From positions 18,619 to 82,618 of the forward strand of contig JAAFJM010000009.1 in the NCBI GenBank assembly GCA_013298895.1: a stretch of 64,000 bases of DNA. Direction: 5' to 3'. How positions within the stretch are numbered: the stretch's first letter is position 1; the number at the start of each line of letters is the position of its first letter. This document shows positions 57,992 through 64,000 of the stretch, one piece after another. This DNA is from Bacteroidota bacterium (GTDB taxonomy: Bacteria > Bacteroidota > Bacteroidia > UKL13-3). A program made the position numbers and the translations under genes. Under the pieces are notes generated by a model that saw only the letters and a list, made by a program, of their open reading frames with translations, was not told where the DNA came from and made no database searches.

Positions 57992-58373
57992 AGGTACAGT
58001 GTAATTTAGTTTTTTACTTTAACGATGCGTATTTTTTATTTGAAAAATCATCAAACAAGAACAACTTATGCAACTATTTGCTAGTTGTTAGAGCACACCA
58101 AACAATAAGCTAACTCACACATTTGGCTTGTAACTCCAACAAAATAGCAAGTCGCATTTTGCATTTAGTTGGTATTGCATTTAGAAGAAATAAATTGTTG
58201 GTTTTGCTGCGCTTAAACCACAACGCCTTAAAGATAAAAAATTAGTCATGCAGCGCATGTCCTTTATTGGGCAACCAATACTCCATTAGCTATCTTGGTT
58301 TCCATGGAAAGGAATTTCCTTTGAAAATGAGTTGTTGGTGCCGCTGCGCTTAAACACCTAACAACGGCTGATT

Positions 58374-58498
58374 GGGCAATGGGCAATGGGCAATGGGCAA
58401 TGGGCAATGGGCAATGGGCAATGGGCAAAACGAATTTTTCTAAACTTAACTTACAAATTAACTTATTAACCTATCAACTCCCGATTTATCGGGACAAC
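58374..58498 (+). repeat. (GGGCAAT)x7 array plus 73-bp direct repeat, copy 1
   Basis: Array at 58374-58422. The unit 58426-58498 matches 61627-61699 at 71/73. Confidence 0.95.
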
Positions 58499-58590
58499 TC
58501 CATCAACCAACTAACAATACAACAATTCGACCAATCGACCAATTTTAAAACACTAACAACCAACAAAATACTAAAAACATTTTTGAGGCT

Positions 58591-58617
58591 TGAAACTTTT
58601 TGGTTTAGTTATGCAAC
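58591..58617 (+). promoter_or_regulatory. Candidate ECF-type (autoregulatory) promoter
   Basis: TGAAAC-N16-GCAAC lies 27 bp before the sigma gene. ECF -35 elements typically contain AAC. Confidence 0.35.
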
Positions 58618-58644
58618 CTACTGACATAACAAGTAAATAAAAAT

Positions 58645-59187
58645 TTGCAAATTAATATTTCAAAACAAGAGCATTTTATGAGTTTGTATCAGCCGCTGCA
58701 TGCGCGGTTGAGCAGGTTTGTGCAAACATTGGTTTGGGATAATGAAGAAGCGAAAGATGTGGTGAGCGAAACAGTTTTAGTGGCTTTTGAAAGTTTTGAG
58801 AAACTTGAAAACGAAAATGCTTTTTTGAGTTATTTATTCAGTATTGCAAGCAATTTGGTCAATAAAAAACTAAGGCGTAAAAAGTTTTGGGGCTTGTTTG
58901 ATACTGATAAAGCGGCAAACAAACCTGATAATTTTAACAGTGAAAGTTCGTTGATGAAATACGAACTGAACAAAGCTTTAAAACGCCTGCCCTCTAAACA
59001 AAGTGAGGCATTGGTTTGGTACGAAATAAGTGGTTTGAGTATGGACGAAATTGCAACAATTCATGGCATTACGGTTAATGGTGTAAAAACCAATATTAGC
59101 CGTGCGCGCAAAACGTTAGCTTTATGGCTCGAAAAAGATGAAACACAATCGGTAAAAAATATGAAAGGAGTTTGGAATGAGCAATAA
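58645..59187 (+). CDS. ECF RNA polymerase sigma factor
   Basis: Region 2 (LSRFV, AKDVVSET, FLSYLFSIASN) and region 4 (LKRLP, GLSMDEIA, VKTNISRAR). 180 aa, TTG start. Confidence 0.95.
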   Translation: MQINISKQEHFMSLYQPLHARLSRFVQTLVWDNEEAKDVVSETVLVAFESFEKLENENAFLSYLFSIASNLVNKKLRRKKFWGLFDTDKAANKPDNFNSESSLMKYELNKALKRLPSKQSEALVWYEISGLSMDEIATIHGITVNGVKTNISRARKTLALWLEKDETQSVKNMKGVWNEQ

Positions 59188-61474
59188 ACTAAATCAATTA
59201 TTAGAAAATGCTAAACACGAAAACCCTTTGTTAACCGAAAATGATGTTATTTCTGTTATCAACAACCGCAGTTTACTTGGTAAAAAACAAACATTTTTCA
59301 CCTTAAAAAATATTTTAATCATGTCGGTATTAAGTAGCATAATAATTGGGTTATGGATGGTATTTTATCCAACAGCAACCACCAATTTAACAGAGCAAAC
59401 TTCAAGAACTTCGCCTAAAAACAAGGAGCAATTAACTGAAAAATCTGAAGAAAATAATTTGTTAGCTGATGTTGATAACAATAAGAAGTTTACAACAACT
59501 AAAGAAACTAGGAAGTCATTACAAGTGTTTGATAGCCTTAAAAATTTTCCAGCAATACATAATAAACCTGCTACAAAATTATTTGATCCTATTCCATTTA
59601 CTCCCCTATTTAACGAAAAACCAATTGACGATAACCGCACCTATTTTGACAAAGATGGTTATTTGATTTTAACCAACGAAGAACTAGCTAAACTAGGTAT
59701 TATAACTGATGGAAATGTGTTGAAATATGAGAATGTAACGGATACATTTTTTACTTTTAAAGAAAATGGAAAAATAACAACACAACATACTTCATTTAAA
59801 CTTAATGTAGAAGAGCATGGAAGCAGAAGCACTAGCCTTGGAATATCAAAAGATACTGTAATTATTAAAAAATCTCTACCTTTTTGGGCTGCATCACTTT
59901 CAATTATTAATTTTCCAATTGCCATAAATACAACTAATAAAAAAGATAGCAGTCATCAAATTATTGAATTCCTAAATGGTAATAGTTATGAAAATGATTT
60001 CCTTAAAGAAATAGAATCAATGTTGGTTCCAATTGTAGTTCATTTAAAATCTGTTCCACATAAATACAGCAGTGATTTAAAATTGATATTTTGGTTCAAA
60101 ACTGAACCTAAATTTTATGAAGTATTAAGTAATGATATTGCAAACGCTGTAGAGCATAAATATGGCACTTCCACAGAAAGTGATTACAAGAGAATTTTAT
60201 ATAAATACAGAGGTTTTTCAAGAAAAACTGCTCAAAAAGGATTTGATTCTTTAATAGTAAAAAGACTTCAAAAAAATTATATTCAATTAAATGATAAACA
60301 ATTAAAAGAGTTGAATATTACAAAAAAGAGAAATGGATTTAAATTAAAAAGCTACCAAAACATTGATAATAGAACCAATATTTTAAGACTTAAAGTAAAG
60401 AATGGAAATTCCGAATGCTATGACAATGTGAATATTTTGAATTTAATCAAACGGAAAAATCCGCAATACCTTGTAGTTGCAAAAACTGATATTTCAATAA
60501 AACATATTCATTATTTAATGCAATTTTCTGATAGTGTTCCTCATTCCAAACAAAATGAAATGGCAAGCAAATATTTCAGAGAAAACGTTCAGAAATTGAT
60601 TCCAATTAAAGTAGATTCTTCTTATTTAATTTGGTTTGAACCAACCGAGGACTTGAAGCGAATTATAGATAAACAAAACAAACAAATTACGAGAACACAT
60701 ATTTACAATAATTTAAAACTAGACTTATTAAACTTAAACGAGTTTGAACTGAAAAAATTAGGTATAAGCTTCGAAAAAAAGGCCATAAAAATGCCTATTA
60801 TTTCTTATAAAAACAGCACTGTATTTATAAGTTTAAGAAAACGAAATTCAAGTACATTATTCCATTTTGACACATCAGAAAATCAAAACAAACCATTATA
60901 TCCTATTCCATTATTAGTTACTGACCAATCTGGACTATATTGGCGTTTCTATAATTTAGATACCACTTACGAGGTTGGAAAATTTAATGAATATACCAGC
61001 AAAATGACACAACAATTGAATAATTGTATCCCAATCAAAATAGTTCAAAATAACGTTTCCATTATTGCTTGGTATGAACCTGATAGCTTATTTTTAAGTT
61101 CATTACCAAATACAGAATCAACTGAAATAAAAACTGAATACCATGCCATTTCAAATAATCTGCCAGCGCCTAGCTGCAAGTATTTTGAGGTTTGCCAAAA
61201 TGTAACTGGAAAAATAAATTCCTATTTGGCGTATCCAAATCCGGCTGAACAAACCCTGAATATTGAAATAGATTTAGCAGAAGAACGCCAATTAGAGTTT
61301 ATAATAACTGATATTACTGGAAAAATTATTAAAACCCTAAACCAAAATTTAAACCAAGCCAAAGGCACTCAAACGTACACCTATCAAATTGGTGAATTAA
61401 CCGAAGGCATGTATTTATTGGTTATAACAACCGACAAAGGAGAAAAAGTGAGTACGAGGATTGTGAAAAGATGA
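59177..61474 (+). CDS. Single-TM anti-sigma-like protein with three internal repeats and a T9SS type A CTD
   Basis: Overlaps the sigma gene by 11 bp. TM at about aa 46-64, three repeats, and a CTD AYPNPA...ITDITGK...GMYLL...TRIVKR. Confidence 0.75.
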   Translation: MSNKLNQLLENAKHENPLLTENDVISVINNRSLLGKKQTFFTLKNILIMSVLSSIIIGLWMVFYPTATTNLTEQTSRTSPKNKEQLTEKSEENNLLADVDNNKKFTTTKETRKSLQVFDSLKNFPAIHNKPATKLFDPIPFTPLFNEKPIDDNRTYFDKDGYLILTNEELAKLGIITDGNVLKYENVTDTFFTFKENGKITTQHTSFKLNVEEHGSRSTSLGISKDTVIIKKSLPFWAASLSIINFPIAINTTNKKDSSHQIIEFLNGNSYENDFLKEIESMLVPIVVHLKSVPHKYSSDLKLIFWFKTEPKFYEVLSNDIANAVEHKYGTSTESDYKRILYKYRGFSRKTAQKGFDSLIVKRLQKNYIQLNDKQLKELNITKKRNGFKLKSYQNIDNRTNILRLKVKNGNSECYDNVNILNLIKRKNPQYLVVAKTDISIKHIHYLMQFSDSVPHSKQNEMASKYFRENVQKLIPIKVDSSYLIWFEPTEDLKRIIDKQNKQITRTHIYNNLKLDLLNLNEFELKKLGISFEKKAIKMPIISYKNSTVFISLRKRNSSTLFHFDTSENQNKPLYPIPLLVTDQSGLYWRFYNLDTTYEVGKFNEYTSKMTQQLNNCIPIKIVQNNVSIIAWYEPDSLFLSSLPNTESTEIKTEYHAISNNLPAPSCKYFEVCQNVTGKINSYLAYPNPAEQTLNIEIDLAEERQLEFIITDITGKIIKTLNQNLNQAKGTQTYTYQIGELTEGMYLLVITTDKGEKVSTRIVKR

Positions 61475-61521
61475 GAGTGTGGAATGCGGAATGTCAAAAA
61501 TGCGAAGTAAGTAGAAATGAT

Positions 61522-61699
61522 CAATAGGCAATAGGCAATAGGCAATAGGCAATAGGCAATAGGCAATAGGCAATAGGCAATAGGCAATAGGCAATAGGCA
61601 ATAGGCAATAGGCAATAGGCAATAGGCAAAACGAATTTTTCTAAACCTAACTTACAAATTAACTTATTAACCTATCAACTCCCTATTTATCGGGACAAC
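61522..61699 (+). repeat. (CAATAGG)x15 array plus 73-bp direct repeat, copy 2
   Basis: A perfect 105-bp array at 61522-61626 is followed by the unit 61627-61699. Confidence 0.95.
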
Positions 61700-61754
61700 C
61701 AATCAACCATTCAACTTAACTAAACGATCCAACAATTTAGCAATCAGTCAAATC

Positions 61755-61782
61755 AAAAATCAAAAATCAAAAATCAAAAATC
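61755..61782 (+). repeat. (AAAAATC)x4 immediately upstream of the lpxB promoter
   Basis: Four perfect copies read directly from the sequence. Confidence 0.9.
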
Positions 61783-61787
61783 TACCT

Positions 61788-61795
61788 TACTTTCG
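61788..61795 (+). promoter_or_regulatory. Bacteroidota -7 element variant for lpxB, implying a very short or leaderless 5' UTR
   Basis: TACTTTCG ends 5 nt before ATG 61801. Confidence 0.45.
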
Positions 61796-61800
61796 CGGCA

Positions 61801-62910
61801 ATGAAATATTTTATTGTTGCAGGCGAAGCAAGTGGCGATTTGCATGGTGCCAATTTAATAAAAGCCATTAAACAAAAAGATGCACAAGCTGAATTTCAGT
61901 TTTGGGGTGGCGATTTAATGCAGGCGCAAGCCGATGGTTTACTTATGCATTATAACCAAACGGCTATCATGGGTTTTGTGGAGGTTTTGCTTAAAATTAG
62001 AACCATTTTAGGCTTTCTAAGTTTATGCAAAAAACAAATTACTGCATTTAAACCCGATGTGGTTATATTAATTGATTACCCTGGCTTTAATCTTAGAATA
62101 GCTGAATTTGCCAAGCAACAACATATTAAAACTGTATATTACATAGCTCCAAAAGTTTGGGCTTGGAAAGAAAACAGAGCCAAAAAATTAGAAAAATTTG
62201 TAGATGAATTATTGCTCATTTTTCCTTTTGAGGTATCGTATTTTAAAAAATGGCAAATAAAAGCATCGTATATTGGTAATCCATTATTGGATGAAATAAA
62301 CGCTTTTGTTCATGACCCTGATTTTAAAACTAAAAATAATTTATCGCCACAAAAACCAATCATAGCTTTATTGCCCGGTAGCCGCAAACAAGAAATTAGC
62401 ACTACCCTACCCAATATGATGTTGCTTGCACAAGCTTATCCAAATTATGAATTTGTGATTTGTGCTGCACCATCTATAAAGCCTGAGTTTTACCAAACTT
62501 TTATTGGACCAAACACTAAAATTATATACAATAAAACTTACGAAGTTTTGCATTTAGCCAAGGCTGCCATAGTTTGTAGCGGAACAGCTACTTTAGAAAC
62601 AGCTTTGTTTAAAGTACCTCAAGTGTGCGCTTATGTGGCTAATCAAATTTCATATGTTATAGCCAAACAATTTGTGAAAATAAAATACATATCGTTGGTT
62701 AATTTAAATTTGGATAAACCTGCCATTAACGAATTGATTCAACAAGATTATACCTTACAAAGGCTAAAGCAAGAGTTTGAAGCTGTGTTGCCAACCGGTA
62801 ATAAATATGAGGCTTTGATGCAAGATTATGCAACTTTAGCAACTGAACTTAACAAACAAGGAGCAAGCAATAATGCTGCTCAAATTATTATTGATTTAAT
62901 TAAAAAATGA
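61801..62910 (+). CDS. lpxB: Lipid-A-disaccharide synthase
   Basis: AGEASGDLHG, IDYPGFN, PKVWAW, LLPGSRKQE and SGTATLE. Confidence 0.97.
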   Translation: MKYFIVAGEASGDLHGANLIKAIKQKDAQAEFQFWGGDLMQAQADGLLMHYNQTAIMGFVEVLLKIRTILGFLSLCKKQITAFKPDVVILIDYPGFNLRIAEFAKQQHIKTVYYIAPKVWAWKENRAKKLEKFVDELLLIFPFEVSYFKKWQIKASYIGNPLLDEINAFVHDPDFKTKNNLSPQKPIIALLPGSRKQEISTTLPNMMLLAQAYPNYEFVICAAPSIKPEFYQTFIGPNTKIIYNKTYEVLHLAKAAIVCSGTATLETALFKVPQVCAYVANQISYVIAKQFVKIKYISLVNLNLDKPAINELIQQDYTLQRLKQEFEAVLPTGNKYEALMQDYATLATELNKQGASNNAAQIIIDLIKK

Positions 62911-63812
62911 GAATTATATTTTTAGGAACTCCCGATTTTTCGGTTCCATCGCTAGATGCTATAGTAAAAGCCGGACACGAAGTAGTAGCAGTAGTTACCA
63001 TGCCCGATAAACCTGCTGGACGCGGCATGCAATTGCAACAAAGTGCAGTAAAAAAATATGCGGTTGAAAACAATATAAAAGTATTACAACCTGTTAAGTT
63101 AAAAGACCCTGAATTTATAGCTGAACTGCAAAGTTTAAATGCTGATTTGCAAGTGGTGATTGCTTTTAGAATGTTGCCTCAAATAGTTTGGCAAATGCCT
63201 AAGTTTGGCACTTTAAATTTACATGCCTCTTTACTTCCTGATTACCGTGGTGCAGCGCCAATTAATTGGGCTATCATCAATGGCGAAACCAAAACAGGTG
63301 TGAGTACTTTTTTCTTAAAACATGAAATTGATACAGGCGATGTGTTGTTAACCAAAGAGGTAGCAATTACACCAACTATGAAGGCAGGTGAGCTGCACGA
63401 TTTGCTGATGCAAGTTGGAGCAGAAACTGTGGTAAAATCATTAGCATTAATTGAAAGTGGTAATACCAAAGGCACACCTCAAGGCGATGACAATAACAAA
63501 ATGGCGCCAAAAATTTTTAAGGAACATTGCCTTATTAACTTTAACCAAAGCGGACAAAATATTTATAATTTAATCAGAGGTTTAAGTCCATACCCAGCGG
63601 CATTTACGCATTTTGATAATAAAATATTGAAGGTTTACGAATCTACATTCGAAGCATCAAACCATCAAGAACCAATTGGCAAGATGATGAGTGACAATAA
63701 AACATTTTTAAAAGTAGCTTGCCAAGATGGATATATTCATTTATTGCAAATTCAACTAGAAGGCAAAAAACGCATGAAAGTAGATGAGTTTTTGAGGGGA
63801 AATAAGATTTGA
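62907..63812 (+). CDS. fmt: Methionyl-tRNA formyltransferase
   Basis: FLGTPDF, PDKPAGRG, NLHASLLPDYRGAAPI, DTGD and IRGLSPYP. Confidence 0.97.
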   Translation: MRIIFLGTPDFSVPSLDAIVKAGHEVVAVVTMPDKPAGRGMQLQQSAVKKYAVENNIKVLQPVKLKDPEFIAELQSLNADLQVVIAFRMLPQIVWQMPKFGTLNLHASLLPDYRGAAPINWAIINGETKTGVSTFFLKHEIDTGDVLLTKEVAITPTMKAGELHDLLMQVGAETVVKSLALIESGNTKGTPQGDDNNKMAPKIFKEHCLINFNQSGQNIYNLIRGLSPYPAAFTHFDNKILKVYESTFEASNHQEPIGKMMSDNKTFLKVACQDGYIHLLQIQLEGKKRMKVDEFLRGNKI

Positions 63813-64000
63813 TTTGTGAGATTTGATTTAGGATTTTTGAAAGGAAGATGCTTGATTATTAGTTTCAAATTTTAAATAAAAGAACATTTAGATTTTTGAT
63901 ATTTAATATCAAATTGTGCAATATTTAACTTTACAAATTGGTCTAAGTCAGAACTCAAAATTTTACATTTTGGACCAATTATTATTTCATCAATTACTGG

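Noticed and set aside
58379-58624. 81-aa ORF beginning MGNGQWAMGNGQWA
   Set aside because: It is the translation of the GGGCAAT array and the non-coding direct repeat.
61384-61629. ORFs with PIAYCLL repeats (61384-61629 and 61415-61615)
   Set aside because: Antisense translations of the CAATAGG array that overlap a real gene end.
58374-61699. Possible CRISPR array or IS/composite transposon
   Set aside because: The arrays have no spacers and there are no cas genes. No transposase or terminal inverted repeats were found.

Overview
Very AT-rich chromosomal window from a Bacteroidota bacterium, inferred from the T9SS C-terminal domains, the MurF-like/Alr fusion, grpE-dnaJ without dnaK, and TAnnTTTG promoter motifs. 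Positions 1-23620 are one minus-strand surface-polysaccharide operon that runs off the left edge. It carries wza, wzc, wzm, wzt, a Wzy/ligase-like membrane protein, about nine glycosyltransferases, two pyruvyltransferases, four acyltransferases, two methyltransferases and two unassigned proteins. The rest is mostly core genes (PPTase, mce, DPP-IV, alr, M13 peptidase, grpE, dnaJ, tsaE, adk, obgE, lpxB, fmt) plus three T9SS-CTD proteins. No rRNA, tRNA, CRISPR array, transposase or integrase was recognised. Three things stand out. (1) An ECF sigma factor is coupled to a single-TM anti-sigma-like protein with three internal repeats and a T9SS sorting domain. (2) That two-gene module is bracketed by 73-bp direct repeats, each preceded by a pure heptamer array. 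(3) A membrane protein looks like an acyl carrier protein circularly permuted at the phosphopantetheine serine. All alignments were done by eye and no database searches were run.
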